A stretch of 64,000 nucleotides of DNA from contig MU060486.1 in the NCBI GenBank assembly GCA_013265495.1, forward strand, positions 868,001 to 932,000, written 5' to 3'. A model generated the notes under the pieces. That model saw only the letters and a program-made list of their open reading frames with translations, had not been told where the DNA came from and made no database searches. Numbering within the stretch: position 1 is the stretch's first letter; the number at the start of each line of letters is the position of its first letter. This document shows positions 12,233-24,200 of this stretch, in pieces. Made by a program: the position numbers and the translations under genes. Source of the stretch: Vicugna vicugna (lineage: Eukaryota).

Positions 12233-13680
12233 TACTCGTTCATTCATTCATCCACTAATGTAGGATCGCCTGCTGCTCTGCAGGCATAGCGAGTGCAAGG
12301 ACGTGACCATGTGGAAGACCAAGTCCTTACCCTCGCAGGGGGCCTCCCGTGTTCACTGATGTGAAGGATGCAACAGACACGCAGACCACGTGCCGAGATG
12401 ACCTCCTGTGAAGGAGGCAGTGGTAGCAAGAGTCCCTGGCGATGGGCCTCAGCGCCCAGCTCGGGTGGCCAGAGGAGCCCAGTGAGGCCACTCGGAGGGG
12501 GAGACAGCTGCGTCGCAGCGTGGTCGTGGTGGAGATGCCGACAGGTGCGAGCAGGGGCAGGAGGCAGGGGTGGCGCTGAGCGTTGCCTGACTTGGAGGAA
12601 CAGAAAGGAAGCCGTGAGGTGGAAACATGGTGACAACGGGGAAGCTTTAGGAGGTGGGGGCCCCACAACTGACGCGAACCAGGTCACCTAAGGCCTTGTG
12701 AGGCCCTGCGGGAGATTTGACGTTTATTCTAAATTCAGTAGAAAGATATTGAAGGTTTCAAGCACCAGACTGAAGGGATGTGCTCTGAATGTTAAAATGG
12801 CCCCTGACTGATCGATGGCGAACTGATTTCAGGAGGGAAAGAGGGAGGTGGGTGAGAAGGCTGTTTAGATAATGCAGGTGAGCGACCGCCACAGAAAACA
12901 GAGTGGCAGCCATTTCGACAGGAGAAGATGAGGAACTGTGGTGGTTTTCGGAGGTAGAATGGTGAAGACCGACCAGGGGTTGGCATACAGGATGAGAGGG
13001 GAGGGGGGAGGCCGCAGACAATCCCTCGTTTCAGGCCAGCACGTTGGTCGGAGGTGACGGTGCCACTTGCTGGGATGGGAGCATCTCAGGGAAGGAGGGG
13101 GTGGGAGGCAGGTGCAGCCGGCGTGGGATTCCATCCTGCGTGCGTGTGTGAAGACTGAGAAGCCTGCTGTGGGCTCTTAGAGGTACGCATCTTGTGCTCT
13201 GGAACCTGGACCAGGTCAAGGATATGGGCCTGGGCGCAGGTAGGAGACAACGCATCTGAAACCAGGCTGTTGCACGAGGCCCGTCCCGGGGGACAGTGTG
13301 AGGACGGGAGAGTTGAGGACTGAGGACGGAGCCTGGGGACTCCTTTCAGAGGTCAGGAAGGTGACCAAGGAGGAGCGACGGCCTGGAGAACACAGGCATG
13401 TCTCTGTGGGTCATCTCACTGCCTCCCTGGTGGACAAGAAAGGAACCAGCAAGCGCGCGGGGGCGGGAGGCGTCACGGACGCCTGACGAGGAGAGCGCTT
13501 CCGTTACAGGCTGCGGGGAGAGGGGACACGGCGACTTGGGCCGTTTGGTCGGATGGGGCAGCTGATGACCTTGATGAGCCGCTTTGCGGGATGATGAATC
13601 TGAGAGCTCAGTTGTGGTGGGTCGAGGGCAAACGGGAGAAAAGGGGGCGATGGGAGTGCAGACAACGCTTCCGAGTCCAG
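12233..13680 (-). mobile_element. LINE-2 element, about 1.45 kb of the 3' portion
   Basis: Starts with the antisense L2 tail (cgttcattcattcatccac...) and continues through typical L2 antisense motifs (ggaggaacagaaaggaagcc, ggccttgtgaggccctgcgggagatttgacgtttattctaa, gctgatgaccttgatgag, gtgcagacaacgcttcc). Confidence 0.75.
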
Positions 13681-15789
13681 TCCTAATTACACGCCGCCCG
13701 CACCACAAAAGCTGGATATCGACAGAGCTTTGAAAGGCCATTTGCTGTTCCTAAAATAGCCGTGGCCGGTGGGGGAAGCTGGTTTCTGTGGTGCTTGTTT
13801 GAAACTCGATCCGCTTTTAAACAACTTTCACCATCAGCAAGGTACTCCATCTGCTGACCTGAGAGGCTTTTTATCTGGTTTAATTTTACGGAGATGGAGA
13901 CGTACTAAGAGCGTTCACACCCCGCGCCCACTCGGGGCCCTGCAGCCTTTCCGTATCTCCGTTGTCTCCCAGACTCTCCGTGACTCTCTCTGCATGACCC
14001 CGGGGTGGTCTCCAGACCTGCCGGGTGCCCGTGCCCATCCGCCGGGCTCTCCCTTACGGGTCTGCCCAGAGGGAAGGGGACCTGCTCTCAGGTGGGTGTG
14101 CCGGGTGCACAGGAGGGGCCCCGTTTTCATTAATTAACTGATTTTGAGTAATTTATCTTTAATCTGCATTCATTTGCTTAATTCTTTAGTTAGAACAACG
14201 GTGCTCTGAGCCACTGAGCGTGGAGTCCGTGATACTTCACATAAAACAGCAGTTTGGGGAGGAGACCGACGGTCTCTCCATCCCCCCCAAGTTCCCTGAC
14301 CCAGCTCGGACTCCGGCGGGTGGTCCTCCAAGGCTGTCCTTTGCTCTCCTGTCACATTGTGACGCTCCATTTCTGGAAAAAAGAGAGATGCTGATTTTTT
14401 TTTTTTTTTACAAATACCTTGCTTTCTCACGTCCTACGGATGTTGTCAACCTAAAAAGAGCTGGGGGTGGGGTGGGTGATCTACGTGATTCTCCACTAAA
14501 AGTGTGCTATTAAAATTGTCAATTTCCTGAACTACATGGTTGAAAAACCATCATTTTTCCCCCACTGTGTGTTACCCCAAACTATAGGCCTGTCACCAGG
14601 TAGTGTTCTGCCGTTTGGGTACAGAAGATCCAAGTGGCACTTAAATTACATTCTCCCTCTGATTTTGAAGACATTTAGTGCCATTTCATAGAATTCCCAT
14701 GCCGTTGGTTCCACGGAGGAAGGAGCTGTCCCTTTTAGAAGTGTCACCATTGCAGTGATGGAGGAAAAGAAACGAAGCCATCAAAACAGCAGGATTGGCT
14801 TTTACATCCAGATCTTCATGGAATTAAAAGGACGGAGCCATTCTGCCGGCTCCGCAGTGGTGGTCACAGCTTCACACCGGCCCCGGCTCCGGGTAGACCA
14901 GTCAGCCCGCATCGTGCAGCCCACCATTCAGGCGCCACGAGTGTCCCAGTGGGAAGTTGCTTCTTCAAGATCAGTGTGGAGGGAAGACATGGATTTGGGG
15001 CAGAAAAATTGTTCCATCTCTCTGATAGCTTCTAGAGGAGTGTGCTCTGTGTATAAGTCAAAATATTTTTCCTGACTACTTACATGTTCTGTTTGCATTT
15101 GGGGTCGGAAAGCACAGCTGTGCTCTTCCTGCCTCAGTCCTCACCTTCAGAAGGAAAACTCCAAGGGGAATGTGGCCACAGGCTGCACAAAGAACCGAGG
15201 CAAGGGAGGCCCCGCGCCTGGCCGCCCAGGCGTCGCAGAGAGATTCTGCAGAGATCACGGAGGTGTGGGCCGTGCCCCTGCGTGAGGAGGGCTCGCTGGC
15301 GTGTCTCCGGCTGGCAGCAGCTTCCACCTGTGATGGGGGTGTCTCACTCGGGGGAGGCCAAGCTCAGAGCCCGTCAGAGGACGGGTTTTGTTTGCCTGCA
15401 CCCCAAATACCGCTCACGGTTTCTGAACCACCTGGTCCAGACGCTCCGATCGCAATACCTGAAGGAGTTCTTTCTTCATAACTGAGAGAATGAACCAGGA
15501 CTCAAAAAGTGAAACCTGTCCTCGAAACCGCAGACGGCTGAGTAAACAGTTGACCATCTAACGTGCATGCCCGCTTTGCAGACCCGCTGGCGTTAATTTC
15601 CAGTCCTCCCTCGAGAGGGAGCTGAGAGCCGCTCACCCGGCTGTGGCGAAGGGGACACGGCCTGGGCCCCCTGTCTTCGTCTTATCCTCTCGTCAGAGCA
15701 AGCACTCATGCTTACTGAGTGGCCGCCATTCCCTTGCCCTGCTCAAAGGCTCGACGTTCATCAAGTGCGAAGTGGACTCTGACGTGCTA

Positions 15790-15900
15790 TTTTAGGTGTT
15801 AGAAAGTGGAGCTTGGAGAAGCCAGGCCACTTGCTCAAGTGTCTGGGTCACTGAGGTGCCCACGTGAGATTCGAACCCAACGCCCTGCCTTCAAGGTCCC
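15790..15900 (-). mobile_element. MIR fragment
   Basis: agaaagtggagcttggagaagccaggccacttgctcaag...gagattcgaacccaa resembles antisense MIR. Confidence 0.6.
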
Positions 15901-17581
15901 CGTGGTGAAGCTTCCTGCTCTCGCGTGTCCTGCTGGCCCTGATTCTCTCTCACTGGACTGTGAATTCTTTGACGGTCACACCCATGTCTTCTTCCTCTGC
16001 GTCCGGCTCGAGGTGGGTGCCTTCTAATTCAGCTCGGATGATGAGAGGCCCTGCCCCCCACGGTCTGCTTCCCTGGGATGTGGTCTGACTCATCGTCCCC
16101 CTGAATCAGGGCTGTTCTACTAACTGAAAAGGGTTTGTGATTTCTTTATCAGGAAACACACACAGGTCGGGTTGGAAAATGGCTTTTTTCTATCAGTTAC
16201 TATTGCCATTAATGCTGCATCCACCACTCATCCTTAGAGCTTGGCGGCGAAGCTCTCCGGCCTCTCGGAGACGGTGCGCTGGCCTGTTTGTAAGTGGCTG
16301 GCTCAGTAGCAGCAGGGAGGGCGGGGGAGGAGGAGGCCTCTGGCAGGTTGAGGGCCTCCTGAACACAGCTGCTAAATGCTCCCCTGGAGTGGCCTCGTGG
16401 GCTATGTTGCCAAATGCCTCCCTCCAGTGTGCAAGCCGTGCCCCGTCAGGCGCTGCCCGGCACCTGCTCCACGCGCAGCATCGGGCTGGTGCTGCGGGGA
16501 CTGGCGTCCAGCCTAGTCCCTGCCCACAGGCAGCTCCCAGCTGGCACGCACGGCAGGAGCCTTGGTGGCATCTAGGCTCTGGAGAATCGGCAGGTCTCTT
16601 CTGCAGTCAGGGATCCTTCCGTGAATGACACTGAGCACACACTGCAGTGACAGACTTCTGTCACGGTGACGCATCGAAGACGACGAATTCTATGGCCTTC
16701 CCTGCCCTGAGGCCTCCCTCCCTCCCAGGGAAAGGATAGCTCTTGTCCACTGAGCGTCAGAGCCCACGTACGACTGGCCATTTCATCAGATACAAAGGGC
16801 GGCATTTATGTGCGTTTCATCAAGCTTTGTGCACTCGGCTTTAAATGTAGGTTGGCCAACCCCCCACGGTGTTTTCAGGGTTCTCCTCTCTCCATCGTTC
16901 CTCTGAGCTCGTCTCTGTGTTTTACGGACACCCACACACTGAGACCATAATACTTCAAGTGATCTGAGGGTCATTCTTTCTTGTCTTGCCCTGGATTTCT
17001 CCCCCAAGTGCATCTACTGCTGAAATGAATGCAACTCCAGCTCCAACAAGACAAGAGGAATTTGGCTAGCAGGAGCTCTCCTCTCCCCGTCGAGATAATC
17101 TTTCTGCTAATTTGGAAACAAAATTAATAGCTTGTTGCTGTGTCCAAATGCAGACGGGGTCTTTGTCTACTGGGGGCCCCTGGTTCCCATCTGTAGCCTG
17201 GATCTCAGAGGTCGCCCTGCATGTGGCCGCAGTGCACAGCGAGTCAGGCACTGCACACAGGATGGCGTTTCCATGAGGGCATGTGAGTGCTTCATCCTGT
17301 TTTGCTGCTTTTCATCGAAGCCTGCCTTGGGTTTCCAAAGTCCTTTTGGTCCTGTGATCTTCAGAGGGTGTGTCCAGGCAAAGCCACTGGTTGCAGTGGC
17401 CTCCAGAGAGCTGTATTTACGATTCTCACACGTCAGAACAAAGGAGGAGCAGCTCCCAGGAGAATGGCTGTGGACGGGCAGGGTGAAGAGGGTGGCCACG
17501 TGCCCCCCACCCCAGCCGCAGGTGCTTCCTAAGGGCCTTAAAGCTGGAGCTCAGGTGCGAGCGGGCGATGAGCGCTGAGGA

Positions 17582-17586
17582 ACACG

Positions 17587-17617
<31 letters not shown>
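17582..17617. repeat. (CA)n microsatellite with CG interruptions
   Basis: acacgcacgcacacacacacacacacacacacac. Confidence 0.95.
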
Positions 17618-20600
17618 GGCACAAGGCACGTGGTCCTGGTGACAGCAGCGACTCATGTAAACAGAGAACACCACGGCGCTGTGCCCCCCACGGTGGGACT
17701 TGAGCTGAGTGTGTCCTCTCTGTCGCCCCCGCACGCCGTGCACCCCCGAATCCTGCTGAGACAGTGTGGAGCCGTTCCCTGTGGAGGACTGGCGGACTGC
17801 AGGAAGGACGGTCTTCTGGAGGAGGGACCAGGACAAATCACAGGACAGCTGCACCAGAAAGACCTCAGCTGGCAGCTAGCGCAGAACTCTGATGTTACAG
17901 ATGAGTTTTTCGAGAGCTTAAGTGAATTACCAGAGCTCACAGCGAGTAAGTGGCAAAACGCAGGCTGAAAGCAGGCTTTTGGATGCACGTTTTCACGTTC
18001 TTTCTGCTGCCATGATTTTGTTTTGAATTCTCTTTATGCCCACTTGAAGATGGATGTGGTGAAGTACCTGTCCAGCCCGCCACGGCCACGGCCATCCCGT
18101 AAAGCAGACGGGGGCCCGCAGAGACCAGATACCCGCGGCCGCGTGTCTTCCTCATTGCCTTGGTGTGTTCCGGGAACTGTTCCGTGGGGTGCGTTTCCAA
18201 AACCGTATTTGCATTTCCATTCTTCTGTATTTATTCCTCCAGCACTAATCACGTCTCAGAATATTGGCCTGTGTTCTCTCTTCTGCATTTGGAAGCGAGA
18301 ATTGCCCAGCAGAATGATGGCGGTTGCCTCTCGCCTGAGGCTGAGTTTCCGGCGGGGTTTGGCGGACTCCAGAGCACCCTCCTGGCATTCGGGGCGCTGT
18401 ACCTGCTGAGTGTGGGGGAGGGACCCTCCTGGACAGACCCCTCAGCTCCCATTAGGACGCTGGCTCCTCGCCCGCGACGGCGGTGACACTGACAAGCCCA
18501 GTGCGTCCCAGCGGGGCCTAAATCACGCCTCGTGCTCTCTGGGTCTGTACACATCGTCCAGGGTCTGCACTTAGGTCACCCTTCTCGGGGAAGAAACCAA
18601 ATTTCATTTGTCTGGATGAGCTACATAACCTCACCTCTGGGTCCCGAGCGACTGTAAAGTAGGTAAAATGCCAGGTTGTTCTGGTAGCACCTCCCAGCTT
18701 CTTACTGGTAGCCGGTGCCCAGGGCTGAGGAAGCGGTAGTCTTGCTTGGGTTCAGATGTCTGACCAGCTGTACAGGGTGTGTTCGCCGCAGTGTCTGCAC
18801 CTTATGAGCAGTACTGCCAACTGAAGAGAACGGAGCAGAAGGGCCAGGCTGGCGCTGGAGCGCGGCGTGCCGTCCCTGTCATCACGGCAGGCCTGGCCGG
18901 CTGTTAGCCTGGGGCTGTGATTAGAAGAACCCTGGGGACTTTCTTCACGTATTTGAGGGGTGACGAGATTGCTCCATGTGCCCTAGAGGACAAACCAGAA
19001 AGTCCAAGGAGGAAGTTACAAAGCGGCACATTTTGTGTCCGTGCAGCCGAGCGCACGGTGGCGGGTAAATCACACAAGCGGCAAATTCTCTTGCAGGAGG
19101 AGACGCTCGGGGACCAGCTGTGAGCCTGGGGTGATGCTGTGGGGGAGATACAGCGTCTGACGAAGGGTCAGGGCCGCGTGATTCCAGAGGAGCCCGCCTC
19201 GTGGAGCTGCGGGAGCGGAGGCTGGACACACACGTTTGGGGAATAAACATATGGCATTTATTCCTGCAGACACATGGTCAATATTAGGTTAGAAACAGAC
19301 AAGGCAGTTGTTTAATTAGCTTATTCTGGCAAATGCGTTTGGTTACTGTGACCGGCTGTTTTTTAAAGTAACCCCTAGTTACACCCTTTGAGTGATGTAA
19401 GGGGACTTTGAACACCTCCCTACGAGCTGGCTTCCTGCCCTGAGAGTTCAGGTATCAAGAGACCCCAGTTCTTCACAGCGGGCGTGACTTCGAGGTAACA
19501 CGGCGCGTCTAGATGGTGTGTTTCCAGGAAGAACCGTTTGCTGCTCAGGGCATGGGGGTTGGCGGGGGGCGGCTTGTCGATGTTATTTGAGATAATCTGA
19601 TTGTCTAGATTAATTTGGAAGAGATGGTGGTGGCAAGGAAGAACGCAGGTTTTAAGAACTGATCTGTTCGAGGACCTCAGCTTGGGGCGCCCTGGGCAAG
19701 CCCAGCCACCTGCCAGCAGCATCTCTTTGAGTGCTGACCGGCGCGGCACGGCCCCGGAGGCCGTCCACGGGCCCCCACACACGCCTCCCTCCGCGTGCTG
19801 AGGGCTGCGACCCGAGGCCCCGACGACACTCGTGGACGGAGGTGGCACGGTCTGCGGTTTTTCTCTCGGCTGGATCCTCCACATTTTCACTCCAGCGAAT
19901 AACAGCAACGCTTCCTGTTTTCTGGTGAATTCTGCTGTGCCGAGCACCCCTCTCCATACGGTCGGAGTGTAGAAGGAGGTCCGCACAGAGAGAGGAAGGG
20001 GTTAGGTCTAAGGTAATGGCCACGTGGGCAGGTGCGTTTGCTCAGTCTGAGGCACGCTGTCCCGGGCACAGTGCGCGGGGTGCTGGTGACACTGAGACGG
20101 GGGGCAGGGGGGTCCTGACTATCCGAGCGAACTGGGGTTCGTCCTACCGTGTAGGACAAGGTGTGGTGCACAAAGGTTATTTGGGACATTAGGTGGAAAA
20201 GACAGGGCTGAGAGAGAGGAGAGCTGGAACAGTCCGCCAAAGCGTGCACCCCTCTCCACGCCAGAGACCAGGGCTCGGGGGCTCAGCAGGAGCGGGGCAC
20301 CGGGGCTGCGGGTCCTGTCCGCTCTCCCGCCTGCGCGGTGGGGGTGGGCCCACACCGAGCTTGGGGGAGGGCAGGCTGCTGGCCGCCGAGCCCGCGGGCC
20401 CTGACTCCCAGAGCAGCAGGCGGGTGGGACCCAGAGCCGGCAGCCCACCTTCTACGCATGTTTCCTCACGGGGTTTAACCTTCCGTCGTGAGGCCATTAG
20501 GGGTTTCACCACGTGCTGCTCTGGCAGTTAATTCAGAGTAGACTGAGAAACCTGCCGGGACGTGGCTGGGGAGACCTTCACCTTTGCTTTCCAGCAGTTT

Positions 20601-23600
20601 TTTTTAAGTGAACTAATGTCTGTGTTTAAACTGTACAGGGATATTTATAAAAAATGACAAAGCCTCAGGCTGTTCTGAGCAGACGCCGTGCGGGAGGGGA
20701 GAAGGGAAGACACGCCAGCTCCCCGACATCAGCCCCTTTATTCCGTTTGTGGAGATACTGGGTTTTATTTAGACATGCGTGGTTTCTGTTAAGTCCGCTA
20801 CAATGCTAGGCAGAGGCTGAAAATAAGTCAATGAATCTGCACATGCCGGTGAAGTTTAATCCCACCGCTCCCCATTTTGAGGTGACTCTGCTGGCTGCCA
20901 GCAGTGGAGAACCCACCCCCGCTCAGGAGGGACCCCCAGGGCCCGGCCGGCCGCCTGCTCTGACCTCAGCACCAGGACACTGCAGTGGGAGGCTTGGCTC
21001 TGTTTCAGTACGCCGTGCGGCCTGATCAGGGTAATTGATTTCCATTACCTTAATTAACAAAATTTAATTTTTTATCTCATGAGGGAGACAGATGTGAAGT
21101 GGGTAGCTAGCAAGGGGGCAAGGCCTGGTCCCATGGTTACAGGGGAGCGAGGGGTGAGGGGCTGCACAGAGGACGCTGAGCCACGAGTCCCTGGGGACAG
21201 GTGAGGACACTGGTGAGCAGGGCCCGCCGGCTCTGAGAGCTTCCCCAACCTCACTGGAGAGGACTTGGGGTTCCTTACCCTTGGCGATGGTGGATGTCAG
21301 ACATCCACCCCTCCTTCCCCTGAGACCCCAAACTAGTGACTTGGCAGAAGTTCCAGGAAGGCCTGAGGTGCCCCTCCAAGCTCCCCGACCTGAGCTCCAG
21401 ACCCTAACCCCTCTCACCGCCACCTGCCTTCTCCGAAGCCAGCATCAGAGAGCCAGGCCCGGCGCGGCTGCAGGAGGCTCGGCCTGCGGCCTCTGTCTTG
21501 GCAAACGCAGGGCAGGGGCCCTGAGCTGTCCTGTCCTCTGAAATGGCCCCTCTCCCCTCCCTGTCACAGCCACAGGCTCCCGAGTCCGCCCGTCCTCCCG
21601 TCCTCCTGGGGTGGTGCGCGTCTGGCCGGGGGGCGGCGGAGAGGGCCACGCCGCATTGGTTTGACCCAGCTTTCTGCCGTTGAGGCGTCTCGTTGGGCAG
21701 AGATCCCCGTGCCTGCGCAGGAAGCTGCAGACGTCTTCAGTCTCTGACAAGCGGAAACGCAGAGGCCGGGCCGCAGGGATGGGGAGCCGGCGCCACGGTC
21801 CCAGCCCCGTGTGGTGGGCTCCGCGCAAGAGCCCCACGGCTCCTCAGCGCCTTCGTTCTCTCCCTCGGGGTCTCTGAGATCGGAGGCCTCGCGGGACGGT
21901 TGAAAGGAGAGCAGTGAGACCCAGTGATTAGTTCTGACGCCTTAGCGCTCAGCCAGGAGGTGTCACGGGAGCCGACTCTGTCTGCCTGGAGGCGCATTTC
22001 CACGCTCCTTAAATTCGGTTCAGACGACTTCTGGGTTCTTCTCCGTGACACCCAAGAGGGAGCCCGACTCTCGGCTGCAGCGCATTAGCTGCAGGTTCCG
22101 TTCATAAAAATAACTTGGCAAAGCCCTTGCAGGGAGGCCACTCTTCCCCCTGCAAAACGAGAGGACAGGACCCGGGGGCGTCTGCCAGCAGGCGTTGGGC
22201 CAGCCTCTCCCCGGGCGGGTTGCTTCCACCCCGACCTCGTGGGGCGGGGACACAGCGTCCCCCAGGCCACCTGAAAGTCCCTGGGGGGGGCAGGACCCCA
22301 GCTCTCTCGTTCACGTCAAGGGATTCAGGCCGACGTGGGCACGTTGGTGGTCTTGTGCAGGGAGCGGCCTCGCTTTCCAGATGCAGAGGGAGGGGCCTGT
22401 GGAGAGGAGGTCACGGCCTGAGGCCCCAGGTTCTGCTCCCACTCGGGTAAGATTAGCTCCAAGACCCCTGTTTGCTGGTCGTTAGGGTTCACTCGTGTTG
22501 TTTAACGGGTTAGACTGACCACCGAGCACTCATGACGGGCCAGGCAGGCAGAGGTCCTGGGCGTCCAGAAACGCCTGAGATAGACGGGATCTCTGCGCCC
22601 ATGAACCTTGCACTCTGGGATCTGCATGAAGGCAGAGAGGCCAGTAGTGAATCCCGATGGAGCCAGTAGAGTCAGCCGTGAGAAGGCGGCCGGAGGGCCC
22701 TTGCGCAGGGGGCGCTGGGGCAATCTCTCCAACACCGCGTTTGGCAGCACCGGGCAGACGTGGGGCAGCCCTGTGGTCCTCTGGGGGGAGGGACTGCAAC
22801 TGAAGAGGTCCTGAATTCATGACTGTTTTTTTGACCCTTCATCACAGAAACAGGTTCTTAGAATTTATATATTTTCTTGTGCACATACTCCGCCTCTTTC
22901 TTCTCCCCGCCCTTCTTGCACACAGATATACACAGGCGTATGGTTGGTTAGTGGGCTGGTTGGTTACAGAGGGATCTGTTATTTAAAAAGGGGGGTGAGT
23001 GGGTGGAAATGTGCAGGGTTTGCAGACAGTCAGTGGGCCTGGGGTGGGCCTGCTTCTCACATCCCCCTTGTAGCCCCCCCCACCAGCTTGGGGGTGGGCC
23101 GGCCTGCAAGGAGACTGACACGGGGTTTCTAATGGCTGGACTTGGCCCGAATCCCACTGTGTGCTTCCGGATCCTCTGAAGAGTAAGTGATGCTCTTTGG
23201 GGCCTGGAAGCTGGTTTGCAATGTCTGTTCCTCACGTGCCCCGAGACCAGGGACCGCAGACTGGGGGAGAGGTGCCCCAGTGTCGCACTGCGACCCCCAG
23301 ACTTCCCACCGCCTCGTGGGCAGCGCAGCGCTTACTGGCACACGGGGGTGCTTCGAGTTAGGAAAGAAAGCCACCTTTTCTAGATGCAAACAGAGCCCCG
23401 ACTGTTCGAGGGAGCAGAGGTGCGTGTGGTTTGATGCAGCCGTGAGAGGCTCTAAAGCACAGGATGTGTGGCCAACCTACTCATTCCTCCTGCAGCTTCT
23501 GTGAGCTGTGGTGGGGGGTTCTCAGGGGCCCACCCTCTGCTGATCTAAGTCAGCTGGGCTTCTGTCACGTTCCTCGTGTTGGCGAGATTCCACAAGGGGA

Positions 23601-23945
23601 CAAAATATTAGACGGCTCCCCCCCACCCTCAATGGCTCAGAGTCTCTCCTACCAAGGCAGGGGCCACACAGTGCCTGGGGTGGTGCCCGGGGCCCAGGGA
23701 GAGAAGAGGCCGGGGTCCCTGGGGCACGTGGTAGGAAAGGCTGGACTCGAGCACGTTGGACGAGTGGGCCAGGTTCAACTGAGCGAAGGCAGAGCAGGCC
23801 CCGTGGGGCGGGGTGACTCTGAGCCTGTCTGTTCTATAGGACAGTGAGGAGGGTGGCCTGAGGGGGCCAGGGCTCTCTGGCACAGAGGGAGCCCGGGTGG
23901 AAAGGCTAGGGGGTTGGGAGAACCGGGCAGAGGTTCAGTGTCCAG

Positions 23946-24200
23946 TGGAATGTTTGGTCGTTAAGAGCAGGGCTGTGGGATCAACCAGGTGGTTTCGCAT
24001 TGTGCCTCCGAGACTTATGCGTAGGACCTTGCCAAACTCTGTATCCCTTCGGAAAATCTTTTCTCTTTTTTCATTTTTAAAATGAAGAAAGTGATAACAG
24101 GTAATTTAGAAGGTTGTTGTGGGAATTAAGTAAATTAATACACGTGAAGTACAGGCACTCAGCACTGGCACACAGTAAGTCAATAAAGAGTCGTTATGTC
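23946..24200 (+). mobile_element. Near full-length MIR SINE
   Basis: ggtcgttaagagcagggctgtgg...aaggttgttgtgggaattaagtaaattaatacacgtgaag...ggcacacagtaagtcaataaa follows the MIR consensus end to end. Confidence 0.85.

Noticed and set aside
13585-13605. C-box/D-box-like ATGATGA...CTGA (snoRNA)
   Set aside because: Boxes are nearly adjacent, there is no terminal stem, and it lies inside an L2.
16105-16170. Perfect TACTAAC branch point with an acceptor at 16151
   Set aside because: No convincing donor (GTCGGG or TTT|GTAAGT) and an intervening AG after the branch point.
20963-20985. Partial REST/RE1 matches (ctcagcaccaggacac here; gctgtccagggtgg at about 63181)
   Set aside because: Wrong spacing or a broken left half; not canonical RE1.
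21289-21309. Perfect 10-bp inverted repeat with 1-nt spacer (ggtggatgtc-a-gacatccacc)
   Set aside because: A chance occurrence in 64 kb is not unlikely, and no terminator or miRNA-sized stem surrounds it.
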